Below the pieces are notes generated by a model. It made no database searches. It was given only the letters and a program-made list of their open reading frames with translations, and had not been told where the DNA came from. Shown piece by piece: positions 8,149 to 17,675 of a DNA stretch of 31,321 nucleotides (the stretch's first letter is position 1; every line of letters starts with the position of its first letter). Source of the DNA: Bacillota bacterium (GTDB taxonomy: Bacteria > Bacillota > Clostridia > Christensenellales > Aristaeellaceae); the NCBI GenBank assembly GCA_019137115.1, contig JAGVSV010000303.1, forward strand, positions 1 to 31,321, given 5' to 3'. The position numbers and the translations under genes were made by a program.

Positions 8149-9537
8149 TTACCAGTGCATCGGGGGCAGGATTTCCTTCTGGCGCTCGCACATCTCGTCG
8201 ATCAGGGCGACCGCGTTGTTGTAGGTGGATACGGTGGGGTCAATCAGCATGGCCTGCAGCAGCTTGTTGCGGGATTGCTCCTGGTATGCTTCCAGCACCA
8301 GCTGGTGGATGGTGCCCTGAGTGGCGATCATCTGCGCGATGGCGGGCGGCAGCGGCTTTTCGATGGCGACAGGATGCACACCTTTTCCGTCCACCAGGGC
8401 CGGCACTTCCACCACCATGCCCTGGGGCAAGTTGGCGATCAGGCCATGGTTGGGCACGTTGACCGCGCCGATATGCCGCGGCTTGTCAAAGAAGATGGCC
8501 TCGGCAATCGGAATACCGTACTCACCCGAGGTATGCAGTTTGCCGTCATGCAGCTGGAAGTTGGCTTCAAAGCCCGGGTCGCCGGCCAGCGGCTTCTCGG
8601 AGCGGTCAAACAGCGGCCGCGCGGTGGGGTTGCCGGAAAAACTGTACACAAACTCCGGCGTTTTACCGCCGTGCCAGGGCTTGTCCGAGACGGGGTCGTG
8701 GAAATACTGGATCATGGCGCTGGCCAGCATCTGATCCGACCAGGCGATGTATTCGCCGATGTGGTTGGTGCCCGGGTACGGGTACAGACCGAATGTGCGG
8801 AACATGAGCCGCGTCAGGCCCAGCTCGTCCCAATGGGCCAGCCAGTGCATGGATTTTTCCTTTTCACGCAGCAACGGGTACAGGTCCTCTCCCGTGCCTT
8901 TGCGCGCGATTTTGGTGAACCAACCGAAATGGTTCAGTCCCGCCACCTGCGTGTCCAGCTCCTCCTTGGGCATTTCGAGGATCTGCGACAGCTGGTCCAC
9001 GCCCATGCCCTCGCCGTGGCACAGACCCACCACAGGCGTTTTGGTCAGCTTGCTGACCGCCTCCACCAATTTGGCTTCGGGGTTGGTGTAGTTAAGCAGG
9101 TATGCCTTGGGGCACACTTCCTCCATGGCTTTCGCGATTTCCAGTGTGGGCCCCAGGTTTCGCAAGGTATGGAACATGCCGCCCGGCCCGCCGTTTTCGC
9201 CATATACCTGGCGGAATCCGTACCGGCGCGGGATGTGGAAGTCCATCGACCAGTAATGGTAGCGATCCACTTCGATAGCCGACACCACAAAATCGGCGCC
9301 CTCCAGAGCTTTTTTGAGATCCGTCGTCGCGCTCAGCTTGGCATCGCGGCCCACGGCTTTGAGGGCCGCGCGCGCATAACCTTCGCTGACCCTGAGCGCT
9401 TCAGGCAGGATGTCCATCAGCGCGATCTCAAGCTCCACGCTCTGGATGGATTCGTTGAGCAGGATGTCGCCCAACGTGGCCGGGCAGAAACTAACGCTGC
9501 CGGCGCCGATGATGGCAAACTTGATCTTTCTTGACAT
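8149..9537 (-). CDS. Family 4 glycoside hydrolase (NAD+/Mn2+-dependent, alpha-galactosidase-like)
   Basis: 462 aa. Rossmann motif IIGAGS, ALEGADFV, GENGGPGGMFHTLRN, LNYTNP, VGLCHG (metal-binding Cys), AGLNHF and VVEVPA. Confidence 0.92.
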   Translation of the reverse strand: MSRKIKFAIIGAGSVSFCPATLGDILLNESIQSVELEIALMDILPEALRVSEGYARAALKAVGRDAKLSATTDLKKALEGADFVVSAIEVDRYHYWSMDFHIPRRYGFRQVYGENGGPGGMFHTLRNLGPTLEIAKAMEEVCPKAYLLNYTNPEAKLVEAVSKLTKTPVVGLCHGEGMGVDQLSQILEMPKEELDTQVAGLNHFGWFTKIARKGTGEDLYPLLREKEKSMHWLAHWDELGLTRLMFRTFGLYPYPGTNHIGEYIAWSDQMLASAMIQYFHDPVSDKPWHGGKTPEFVYSFSGNPTARPLFDRSEKPLAGDPGFEANFQLHDGKLHTSGEYGIPIAEAIFFDKPRHIGAVNVPNHGLIANLPQGMVVEVPALVDGKGVHPVAIEKPLPPAIAQMIATQGTIHQLVLEAYQEQSRNKLLQAMLIDPTVSTYNNAVALIDEMCERQKEILPPMHW

Positions 9538-9575
9538 GGTTTCCTTCCTTTCCCTATATCAGAACAGTTGGTCGC

Positions 9576-10985
9576 TTACCAAAGCACCGTTGTCCACAGA
9601 TGGTTGTACGTAAAAGCATCGGTGCGTTCCCAGGCCGACTTGACCATGGCGACATCGCCCGCCAGCTGCCTGTAATCCTGCTTCTCCACAGACCAGGGCC
9701 TGACGGTATTGGGCGCACGGAATCCCTGCGGGATGGTTGCTGGCGTCACGGTGCCCCGCGCGGGTGCGGGCGAGGATTGGCTGTACACGCCGTGCTCCAT
9801 AGTGTAGTCCACCGCTGCCTTGAGGTTCTCGGGCTTCACATCATTGAGCATCAGGGCGGACGCGTCCAGGATGTACCCGCCGCCCGGCTTCATCACGGCG
9901 AACAGTTCCTTGAGGTGATCGCGCACATCCTGCTGGCTGCCGCGAGCCAATACGTCATACGACATGCCGCCGCTGATGGCAAACCGATCCTTGAATGCCC
10001 GCGCCGCGGTTTCAGGGTTGCCGCGGTCCAGGTGGTAGATGATGCTGCCCGCCGGCAACGTGCGCAGGGTGTCATAATGCGCTTCCCAGTTGCCCTCGCC
10101 GTAGAAGAGGATCTGGTAGCCTTTGGCGATGATCTCCTCAAACACCGGCTTGAGCGTCGGCCACATGATGGTGTTGAAGGTCTCATGGCTGATGAACGGC
10201 ACGCATCCGCGGTGCGCCCAGATGGTGATGGGCGCCTTCTTGTCGGGATCGGCGCCGCCCAGCGCATTGGCCACAATGTGCGGGATGAGCGCCTCGCAGG
10301 CTTTGATCACGGTGTCCGGCCGCTCGATGGTGTCCACCGCCGCGTTCATGAAGCCGCGGAACTTGTCGCACAGGATATCAAACGGCGCTTTGATCATGCC
10401 CGCATTGGCCGACACGATGCCAGACTGCTCCTTCAGCCGCTGCGCCGCCGGGCCGAAGGCATGCATGTAGTTGGCGTAGGCGAGCGCCCCGGACCACAGG
10501 GACACGTTGTGGTCAAAATCCACCGGCGCGCCCTGCGGCTGCACCCTGCGGCCGGCCCTGGCCATCCATTTGTTGACCAGAAATGCCGTGGGATCCTCGG
10601 TGAACTCCTCGTACTCGTCTTCCTTCAGGAACTCATCCTCGGGCCGTGTGGGCTCGCCGAACTGCAGCACGCTGTTGAGCTCCACGTCCACGCCCGGCAC
10701 ATACAGGTACCGCCAGCCGGCGGCCTTGGCCACGGTGTAGGTGCTCCAGATGGCGTTGAGCATGACCGCATCGCAGCCCAGCATTTCGCCGGCCTGACGG
10801 GTGGCTTCAAACGCCATGTTGTAGTCGGTGGCTACCTGCTGGATGGTAAAGCCGGCCACCCGCGCCGCGGCTTCCTGCATGAAGAACCGGATGGGGATCC
10901 TGTCTGGCGTGCCGCCGCGCATGGCGGTCAGGTAGCGGGCTTCCCGCAGGGCAAACAGTTGCTCCGTGGCTGCGTCCTTGAACAC
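9576..10985 (-). CDS. Uroporphyrinogen-decarboxylase-fold methyltransferase-like protein
   Basis: Start moved to GTG 10985 (AGGAGG 7 nt upstream); 469 aa. Motifs AMRGGTPDRIP, APFDILCDKFRGF, AHRGCVPFISHETFNTIMWPTLK, LFYGEG and GGGYILDAS fit the UROD/MtaA-CmuA superfamily. Confidence 0.75.
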   Translation of the reverse strand: MFKDAATEQLFALREARYLTAMRGGTPDRIPIRFFMQEAAARVAGFTIQQVATDYNMAFEATRQAGEMLGCDAVMLNAIWSTYTVAKAAGWRYLYVPGVDVELNSVLQFGEPTRPEDEFLKEDEYEEFTEDPTAFLVNKWMARAGRRVQPQGAPVDFDHNVSLWSGALAYANYMHAFGPAAQRLKEQSGIVSANAGMIKAPFDILCDKFRGFMNAAVDTIERPDTVIKACEALIPHIVANALGGADPDKKAPITIWAHRGCVPFISHETFNTIMWPTLKPVFEEIIAKGYQILFYGEGNWEAHYDTLRTLPAGSIIYHLDRGNPETAARAFKDRFAISGGMSYDVLARGSQQDVRDHLKELFAVMKPGGGYILDASALMLNDVKPENLKAAVDYTMEHGVYSQSSPAPARGTVTPATIPQGFRAPNTVRPWSVEKQDYRQLAGDVAMVKSAWERTDAFTYNHLWTTVLW

Positions 10986-11013
10986 AACAATCCCTCCTGG
11001 CGTCGAAATGGGG

Positions 11014-12081
11014 TTACTCGGTCGCGCCGTAGAAGTCCAGCACTCGCTTCTCCAGCGCATGCATGTCCTTTTCGGAATCCGACCATGTTTTGATGAACAG
11101 CCCCTCGGGCGGCAGGCTGTCCATCAGCCGCTGCACATCCTCGGCCGTCTGGGCATAGATCCATGCGGTTTTCCCTGAGGCCAGGATGCGCTTCAGGTGC
11201 GGGATCCAGAACCCCACGGGGTCTGAAACCTGCGGGGTGCACTGCACCTGGATGCCGGTGATTTCCGGGATTGCCAGCAGCCTGTCCAGATGGCGCGCGG
11301 CATTCTCGCCATCCAGGTGGAACAGGTTGCGCCCGTGAAAGGAAGCCATGTCGCGCAGCGGCTGCTCCACAAAGCGGGTGAAGTCCCTGTCGGACAGCAT
11401 GACAATAAAGTCAAGCGAGATAAAGCACCACGGCACGTCGCTGTATACGCTCAGCCAGTTGGTGGAGCCGCCCTGGTACCTGCGGGCGATGCTGTCATAC
11501 AGCGTGTAGACTTCCTTGTACAGGGCGAAGTGCCTGGCTATCGCCGCCATCAATTCCTCGGGCTCGTCCACCATGGCGTAGCACAGGTTCTGCGGGCCCA
11601 CCAGCCCCGCCAGGCCGTCCAGCAGCGTGTTGAGGTCCACCAGGCCCACGATGTAGTCGCCCTGTTTGGCATCGTCGGTGAGCTCCGTCAGGATGTCCTC
11701 CATCTTGCGCAGGTAGAAGTTGTCCTTGCGGTAGGCAATCTGAGCAAGCTCCGCCATGTCCATATCCCGGTGCACCGACCATTCGCTGGACTGGTTGTAA
11801 TGCAGTTCCCAGCCCAGGATGCCTGCCATCAGGTCAGGCCCCAGGGAGGTCATGATGTGCGGGTAGCCTTCCAGCGCGTAGACGCACTGCGACAGGTTGT
11901 GCCGCGCGGAAGCAACAATGTGCTTGACATTGAACCAGTAGTCCATCGGCGGCAGCGAAGCTTCATACCATGTTGCGCCATCCCTTGGCGCCTCGGTGTA
12001 CACCAGGGCACGCTTGTTGGTGCGCGTCCAGTATTGCTCGTACATGCGGCGCACACGCGCAAAGTCCTTTACTCCAAACAC
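11014..12081 (-). CDS. UROD/MtaA-CmuA-fold protein (HLDG type)
   Basis: Start placed at GTG 12081 (GGAGG 8 nt upstream); the ATGs at 12171 and 12159 fall inside the predicted promoter. 355 aa with LGPDLMAGILG, DGLAGLVGPQNLCYAMVDEPE, FHLDG and ITGIQ motifs. Confidence 0.65.
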   Translation of the reverse strand: MFGVKDFARVRRMYEQYWTRTNKRALVYTEAPRDGATWYEASLPPMDYWFNVKHIVASARHNLSQCVYALEGYPHIMTSLGPDLMAGILGWELHYNQSSEWSVHRDMDMAELAQIAYRKDNFYLRKMEDILTELTDDAKQGDYIVGLVDLNTLLDGLAGLVGPQNLCYAMVDEPEELMAAIARHFALYKEVYTLYDSIARRYQGGSTNWLSVYSDVPWCFISLDFIVMLSDRDFTRFVEQPLRDMASFHGRNLFHLDGENAARHLDRLLAIPEITGIQVQCTPQVSDPVGFWIPHLKRILASGKTAWIYAQTAEDVQRLMDSLPPEGLFIKTWSDSEKDMHALEKRVLDFYGATE

Positions 12082-12142
12082 GTGCCGCGCCTCCGCTTCC
12101 CACCGTTCAAAGGGCAGGCACCCGCCTGCTCCTGCTGTGGCG

Positions 12143-12171
12143 ATGCTACCATGCGCCATGGTGCGTGTCAA
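12143..12171 (-). promoter_or_regulatory. Sigma-A-type promoter of the methyltransferase/GH4 operon
   Basis: TTGACA (12171-12166), 17-nt spacer, TAGCAT (12148-12143). Confidence 0.65.
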
Positions 12172-12227
12172 CGAAATTGGCGTGTCCCGTGCTAGTGTTC
12201 AGGGCTTGTGTATGTTGACTGGGGCAG

Positions 12228-12256
12228 TTGCTTTCCGTTTTCCCTCATGTTATGAT
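12228..12256 (+). promoter_or_regulatory. Sigma-A-type promoter of the uptake operon
   Basis: TTGCTT (12228-12233), 17-nt spacer, TATGAT (12251-12256) with an extended TG. Confidence 0.6.
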
Positions 12257-12350
12257 GCGCACAAGAGGAAAGGGATGCCAGGTGTTCCGGTGCCACGGTT
12301 TTCGGAGCCTTGTTCCCTGTTCCACGCGCCCAACATAAGGAGGAAAGCAT

Positions 12351-13748
12351 ATGCGGAAAATCCTGGCCCTGGTGCTGTCCCTGATGCTGCTGGCAGGCAT
12401 CATGCCCCTGGCGATGGCGTCCGAACCCGTGGTGGTGACGGTCGCAACCTGGCAAAACTCTGTCCTGATGGCGGAAATGCTGGAGAAGTTCAACGCGGCC
12501 AACCCGGACATCAAGGCCGTGCCCCACGAGCTGAATGGCGGCTGGTTTGCCAATGAGGACCTGGCCAAGCATGCCGCTGCCGGCACCATGCCCGACATCT
12601 TCTCCATCACCACGCCGGAAGTGCCCGTGTCCAACGGCTGGCTGCTGGACCTGACCCCCTACCTGGAAGCGGAAACCGAAAAAACCTGGTATCCCTCCAC
12701 GATCATGAAGTATGACGGCAAAACCTACATGATGCCGTACAGCCTGTTCTTCTACGGCGTGATCGTCAACAAGACGCTGCTCAACGAACTGAACATCCCC
12801 ATCCCCGGCTATGACTGGACGATTGATGAGTTCCTGAGCATCGTCAACGCCGCCTCCACCGGCCAGTACTATGGCGTGAACGGCTCGGACGCGCTGATCA
12901 CCCACATACCGCCGCAGTTGAACCCGGAAACCGGCTGGGCGCTGATCAACAACAACCTGCAGGAGTACAACCTGGACGACGCGTTCATCCAGATGATCAA
13001 CACCACCAAGGACGTGCGCGACAAGAAACAGGCGCTGGACCAGGTGGGTGCAGGCCTGGAAGGCGATGCCTACACGGAAGCAGCCCAGGCCATCCTGGGC
13101 GTGGACTCGGCCTACACCGCGTTCCTGCAGGGCCGCGCCGCGCTGTCGTTTGATTTCTCATGGTCTCTGGGCCTGGACAAAGCGGATGGTTTCGGCGGCT
13201 GGGAGTGGGACTTCTACCCCGTGCCCGTGGCTGAGAAGGGCAACACCGCCCGCACCGGCATCGTGGCCGACGCGGTGGCGGTTCGCGCCACGGTTGCCAA
13301 CCCCGACGCCGCCTGGAAGGTCGTCAAATACCTGACCTACAGCGAGCAGGGCTTCATGGACAAGGTGGAAATCGCCAAGGCGTACAACAAGGAAGCCGCC
13401 ATGGCCAAGTACCCGAACCTGAACCCTGACGCGTTCTGGGATTACATCAACCTGAATGACCTGCCGGGCTGCTTCACGGCCAATGCCCTGCAGGCCTGGA
13501 GCGAAATCAACGAAGTCAAGCCTGGCGTCGCCCATGCCATCGCTGGCATGGCCAACGGCTACCTGGACGGCTTCAAGTGCGTGCCCGGCTGGGGCCCCTC
13601 TCAGTGGGACATCCTGTGGCCGGAGATCACCAACGAGCTCCTGACCGGCAAGAAAGCCGCCGCGGACGTCGCGGTGGAGCTGAAAGCCAAATGCGACGCG
13701 GCCATCGTCGAAGCCTACAAGGCGATGGGGATTGACCTGGCCAAATAA
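12351..13748 (+). CDS. Sugar ABC solute-binding protein
   Basis: AAGGAGG RBS; 465 aa; signal peptide ending AMA-S. Motifs EKFNAANPDIKAV, AAGTMPDIF, WLLDLTPY, YMMPY...VNKTLLNELNIP and NPDAAWKVVKYL. Confidence 0.9.
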   Translation: MRKILALVLSLMLLAGIMPLAMASEPVVVTVATWQNSVLMAEMLEKFNAANPDIKAVPHELNGGWFANEDLAKHAAAGTMPDIFSITTPEVPVSNGWLLDLTPYLEAETEKTWYPSTIMKYDGKTYMMPYSLFFYGVIVNKTLLNELNIPIPGYDWTIDEFLSIVNAASTGQYYGVNGSDALITHIPPQLNPETGWALINNNLQEYNLDDAFIQMINTTKDVRDKKQALDQVGAGLEGDAYTEAAQAILGVDSAYTAFLQGRAALSFDFSWSLGLDKADGFGGWEWDFYPVPVAEKGNTARTGIVADAVAVRATVANPDAAWKVVKYLTYSEQGFMDKVEIAKAYNKEAAMAKYPNLNPDAFWDYINLNDLPGCFTANALQAWSEINEVKPGVAHAIAGMANGYLDGFKCVPGWGPSQWDILWPEITNELLTGKKAAADVAVELKAKCDAAIVEAYKAMGIDLAK

Positions 13749-13754
13749 CACACA

Positions 13755-13786
13755 AGGGGCTGCGCGGCCGAGGCTGTGCAGCCCCT
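13755..13786 (+). other. GC-rich stem-loop after the SBP gene (likely mRNA stabiliser or partial terminator)
   Basis: AGGGGCTGCGCGGC-CGAG-GCTGTGCAGCCCCT forms a 14-bp stem including two G-U pairs, with no immediate U-tract. Confidence 0.6.
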
Positions 13787-13841
13787 GCCCTTTCGAGCGT
13801 GTACATCATGTGAAGCCCGAATACGGAAAGGATGGGGTGCC

Positions 13842-16736
13842 ATGCGGCTGGTGAAGTGCCTGTGCCTGGCGATGCTGTTGTTGCTTGCTGTGCCTGCCGT
13901 GGCCCAGGAAGCAGAGCCGCGCTATTTCTCCTTTCTGGATGAGATCGCCGCCAACCCGGGCGCGGGCTCGCACACCGTCACCGCGGATCGTTTTATCGCG
14001 GCCCAAGGCACCCTTCACGATAGCCTGCACGACTATGCCCTGCCTGTTGTTTCGCTTGGACCTCGCACCGAGGTGACAGTGCCGGTCACGGTAGACCAGG
14101 AAGGCTGGTACCAGATCTCGGTGGACTACTACCTGCCGGAGCCCGGGATCAACGAAGCGTACCTGTCCGTGCGCGTCAACGGCGAGTTTCCCTTCTATGA
14201 GGCGCGCAACGCGCCGCTGTATGCCATATGGGAAGATGAAAGCCGTGACTACGCCCACGATTCCTACGGCAACGAATTGCCCGCCAACCCCGTCCCTGTC
14301 AGGAAGTGGCAGACAACGGTGCTCAACAGCGAGTCGTTTGCGCTGTCGCAGGGGCTCTTCTTCCCCTTGCGCGCCGGCGAGAACACCATCACATTAACCA
14401 CCAACAACCTGCCGGTGGATCTGGGCATGGTGACGGTTGCCGTCCTGCCCCAGCCCCCCGCCTATGATGCTTACCGCGCCCAGGTCGCTGCGCAGCCCGC
14501 GCCGCAGGATGCGCTCGTGACCGTGCAGGGCGAGCATTATGCCAGCAAAAACCATTCCTATACCTTTGCCTACAGTTCGTCAAACCCCAACCTCACGCCC
14601 TATGTGGCCGGCCGCCGGATGATCAACTCGCTTTCGTGGGGCTCCTGGTATGCGCCGGGTGAGGGCGTAACCTATCAGTTTGAAGTGCCGGCGGACGGCG
14701 ATTACCAGATCACCTTCAAATCCACCCAGCCCAGCAAAAACGATTTTCCGGTGTTCAAGCAGATTTTTCTGGATGGCGGCACCCCGTTTGCCCAGATGGA
14801 AGCCGCCACCTTCCCCTATACAGGCGAGGACCGCTTCGTCAACACCACTTTATCCGCCGACGGGCAGCCCGCGCTGTTTTCCTTGACCAAGGGCACGCAC
14901 ACGCTGACGCTGATGTCCACCGCCCAGCCGGTGTACGGCTGGTACGGGCGGCTGCTGGACGTGATGGGCAGCATGACGGACACCGCACTTGAGATCCGCA
15001 TGATATCCGGCGGCAGCGTGGACCGCCACCGTGACTGGGCCATTGAGGAATACATGCCCGGGATCGCCGACAGGCTCAACGCCCAGGCCGACGAGCTGGA
15101 AGCCATCCTTAATGGTTTGCGCGCCTTTTCCGAGGTGGAGCCAGCGCTGCTGGCGCCCGTGCGGGTTAGCGTCACGCGGCTGCGCGATTTCTCCCAGGAT
15201 CCCGACAAACTGGTGAATTCATTGGCCGTGTATTCCGAGGGCAGCAGTTCCTTCGCAGGACAGATCGCCACGCTGCTCACCGATATGCTGCACCAGAACA
15301 TGGGCATCGACTGCCTGTACATCCATACGCCGCAAGCCGTGCTGCCCCAGCCCATGCTGGCGTTCGGGCCGGCAGCGGCCGAGGCGGTCAAAAGCTTCTT
15401 CTATTCGTTCGGCGAGCGCAGCAGCGCCGACCAGCAGCAAAGCGAGGAAGGCGTGCTCAACATATGGATGGGCCGCAACATCAACTATGTCGAGCAGCTG
15501 CGCACATTTATCGATCAGGAGTTCACGCCCAGAACGGGCATCCGCGTGCAGCTTTCCTCCATGCCCGATGAGGCCAAACTGCTGCTGGCGGTGTCGGCCG
15601 GCCTGGGGCCTGACGTGGTGCTAAGCGGCAGCAACTTCAGGCCGTTTGACTTTGCACTGCGCGGCGCGCTGCTGGACCTTAGGCAGTTTGATGATTTCGG
15701 TGAGTTCATCAAGGTGTTCAACTCGGAAACCCTGGTGCCCTATGTCATCAACGATGCCTGTTACGGCCTGCCGGAAACGCTCAGCTTCCAGGCGTTGTTC
15801 TACCGCAAGGATGTGCTGGCCAAGCTTGGCCTTTCGGTGCCCGAAACCTGGGATGAAGTAACCGCCATGCTGCCCACGCTGGAACGCTACGGCATGAGCT
15901 TTGGCACCCAGCTGGCTTCGGCAGGCTCGTTCAAGCACTTCGGCGTGACGATCCCCTTCATCCAACAGTTTGGCGGCAAAATCTACGCCGATGACGGCTC
16001 CCGCGTGGAGCTGGGCGACCCCAGAACATTGCAGGCCTTCCAGCTGATGACCGACCTGTATACGAAATACTCCCTGCCGCAGACCATCGCGTCCTTCTAC
16101 GCCAGCTTCCGCTATGGCACCATGCCCATCGGCATGTCAGGTTCCGACACATACATCCTCTTGCGTGAGGCCGCGCCGGAGCTGGCCGAGCAATGGGCCA
16201 TCGCGCCCTGCGTGGGGGTCAGGGACGAAAGCGGTCAGGTGCGCCGGTACCAGATGGCATCGTCCACCAGCTGCTTTATCATGGGCAACACCGACATGCC
16301 GGATGAGGCATGGGCGTTGATGAAATGGTGGTTGTCCACCGAAACCCAGGCCAAGTTCGGCCAGACGGTGCGCCTGGTGTATGGCCCGGAATTCCTGTGG
16401 AACACGGCCAACCTGGAAGCCTTCCGCCTGGGCTCCGGCTATGACGAGGACGCGCTGGCCGTGATCACCGAACAGTTTGCCCAAATCAAGGAAATCCCGC
16501 GCAACCCGGCCTATTTCTCGGTGGAGCGCGAGCTGTCCAACGCGTGGAACAAGGTGGTGCTGCAGGGGCAGCCGTACAGAACCGCCATCGATGCCGCCAT
16601 CACGCAGTCCAACCGCGTGATCGCCCGCAAACTCAAGGAGTTTGGCTACATGGACGAAGCCGGGCAGATGGTCAGGCCCTTTGTCCCGGTGGACGGCAGC
16701 ATCATTGACGGATGGAAGGAGGCAGTCAAACCATGA
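13842..16736 (+). CDS. Large multidomain extracellular solute-binding protein (N-terminal beta-sandwich/CBM-like modules plus C-terminal SBP)
   Basis: ATG 13842; 964 aa; signal peptide ending AVA-Q. Two segments of the type [15 protein letters not shown] and [14 protein letters not shown] look like CBM sandwiches. The C-terminal SBP region contains [29 protein letters not shown]...LFYRKDVL and VPETWDEV. Confidence 0.82.
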   Translation: MRLVKCLCLAMLLLLAVPAVAQEAEPRYFSFLDEIAANPGAGSHTVTADRFIAAQGTLHDSLHDYALPVVSLGPRTEVTVPVTVDQEGWYQISVDYYLPEPGINEAYLSVRVNGEFPFYEARNAPLYAIWEDESRDYAHDSYGNELPANPVPVRKWQTTVLNSESFALSQGLFFPLRAGENTITLTTNNLPVDLGMVTVAVLPQPPAYDAYRAQVAAQPAPQDALVTVQGEHYASKNHSYTFAYSSSNPNLTPYVAGRRMINSLSWGSWYAPGEGVTYQFEVPADGDYQITFKSTQPSKNDFPVFKQIFLDGGTPFAQMEAATFPYTGEDRFVNTTLSADGQPALFSLTKGTHTLTLMSTAQPVYGWYGRLLDVMGSMTDTALEIRMISGGSVDRHRDWAIEEYMPGIADRLNAQADELEAILNGLRAFSEVEPALLAPVRVSVTRLRDFSQDPDKLVNSLAVYSEGSSSFAGQIATLLTDMLHQNMGIDCLYIHTPQAVLPQPMLAFGPAAAEAVKSFFYSFGERSSADQQQSEEGVLNIWMGRNINYVEQLRTFIDQEFTPRTGIRVQLSSMPDEAKLLLAVSAGLGPDVVLSGSNFRPFDFALRGALLDLRQFDDFGEFIKVFNSETLVPYVINDACYGLPETLSFQALFYRKDVLAKLGLSVPETWDEVTAMLPTLERYGMSFGTQLASAGSFKHFGVTIPFIQQFGGKIYADDGSRVELGDPRTLQAFQLMTDLYTKYSLPQTIASFYASFRYGTMPIGMSGSDTYILLREAAPELAEQWAIAPCVGVRDESGQVRRYQMASSTSCFIMGNTDMPDEAWALMKWWLSTETQAKFGQTVRLVYGPEFLWNTANLEAFRLGSGYDEDALAVITEQFAQIKEIPRNPAYFSVERELSNAWNKVVLQGQPYRTAIDAAITQSNRVIARKLKEFGYMDEAGQMVRPFVPVDGSIIDGWKEAVKP

Positions 16737-17662
16737 GCAAAGCCCTCCCGCGCGCGGTGCCCGCCGTACCCATGGAGAAGCGCCGCCGCGACCACTCCAT
16801 CCCGGTGATGCTTTCGCCGTATGCCCTGATCTTTGTTTACTTTGTGGGGCTGCCCATTCTGGTGGCCATCTTCCTGAGCTTCACCTACTTTAACACTGTA
16901 CAGCGGCCGTACCTGATCGGGTTTTCCAACTACATCAGCATCCTCACCCAGGATACGGTGTTCCTGCGCAATGTGTTGCCCAATACGCTCAAGTTCGCGA
17001 TCCTGGTCGGCCCCATGGGCTATGTGCTGCAGTTCCTTTTGGCCTGGGTGTTAACCCAGGTGCCCAAATGGCCGCGCACGATATTGTCCCTGCTGTTCTA
17101 TTCCCCTTCCATCACGGCGGGTGTGGCCATGTCGGTGATATGGAAAATCGTGTTCAGCGGCGACCAGCTGGGATACCTCAACCACCTGCTGATGAACTGG
17201 AACCTGATCAGTGAGCCCATCCAGTTCCTGACCTCGCCCGAATACCTGATGCCCATCATGGTGGTGGTCACCCTGTGGGCAGGCATGGGCATTGGCTTTC
17301 TAGCCATGATGAGCGGCATCCTCAACATTGACCCGGAGCTGTTTGAAGCAGGCTACATCGACGGCGTGCGCAACCGCTTCCAGGAGATCATCTATGTGAC
17401 GGTGCCCTCCATGAAGCCGCAGATGCTCTTTGGCGCTGTGATGGCCATCGTGACGGCCTTCTCGGCGGGCTCCATCGGCGTGGAACTGACCGGCACCAAC
17501 CCCACGCCGCAGTACGCAGGGCAGCTGATGGTCAACCACATTGAGGATTACGGCATCCTGCAATATGACATGGGCTACGCCGCGGCGCTGTCGGTGATCC
17601 TTCTGATCATCATCGCGGTGTTCAGCCGTGTGGCCAACCGACTGTTCGCAGAACGCGACTGA
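16733..17662 (+). CDS. Carbohydrate ABC permease (MalF-like)
   Basis: ATGA overlap with the upstream stop, AAGGAGG RBS, EAA loop [10 protein letters not shown] and C-terminal [11 protein letters not shown]. Confidence 0.9.
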   Translation: MSKALPRAVPAVPMEKRRRDHSIPVMLSPYALIFVYFVGLPILVAIFLSFTYFNTVQRPYLIGFSNYISILTQDTVFLRNVLPNTLKFAILVGPMGYVLQFLLAWVLTQVPKWPRTILSLLFYSPSITAGVAMSVIWKIVFSGDQLGYLNHLLMNWNLISEPIQFLTSPEYLMPIMVVVTLWAGMGIGFLAMMSGILNIDPELFEAGYIDGVRNRFQEIIYVTVPSMKPQMLFGAVMAIVTAFSAGSIGVELTGTNPTPQYAGQLMVNHIEDYGILQYDMGYAAALSVILLIIIAVFSRVANRLFAERD

Positions 17663-17675
17663 CAGGCAGGCAGAT

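Noticed and set aside
5447-12081. Tetrapyrrole biosynthesis (hemE) reading of the UROD-fold genes
   Set aside because: No other hem or cob genes are nearby, the lengths and motifs diverge from HemE, and the context is MttB plus GH4.
12107-12133. AGGAG followed by an out-of-frame GTG (mini-ORF MPAL*), first read as a 5' frameshift in the UROD-fold gene
   Set aside because: A better start exists in frame at GTG 12081 with GGAGG 8 nt upstream, so no frameshift is needed. A four-codon ORF in GC-rich DNA is easily chance.
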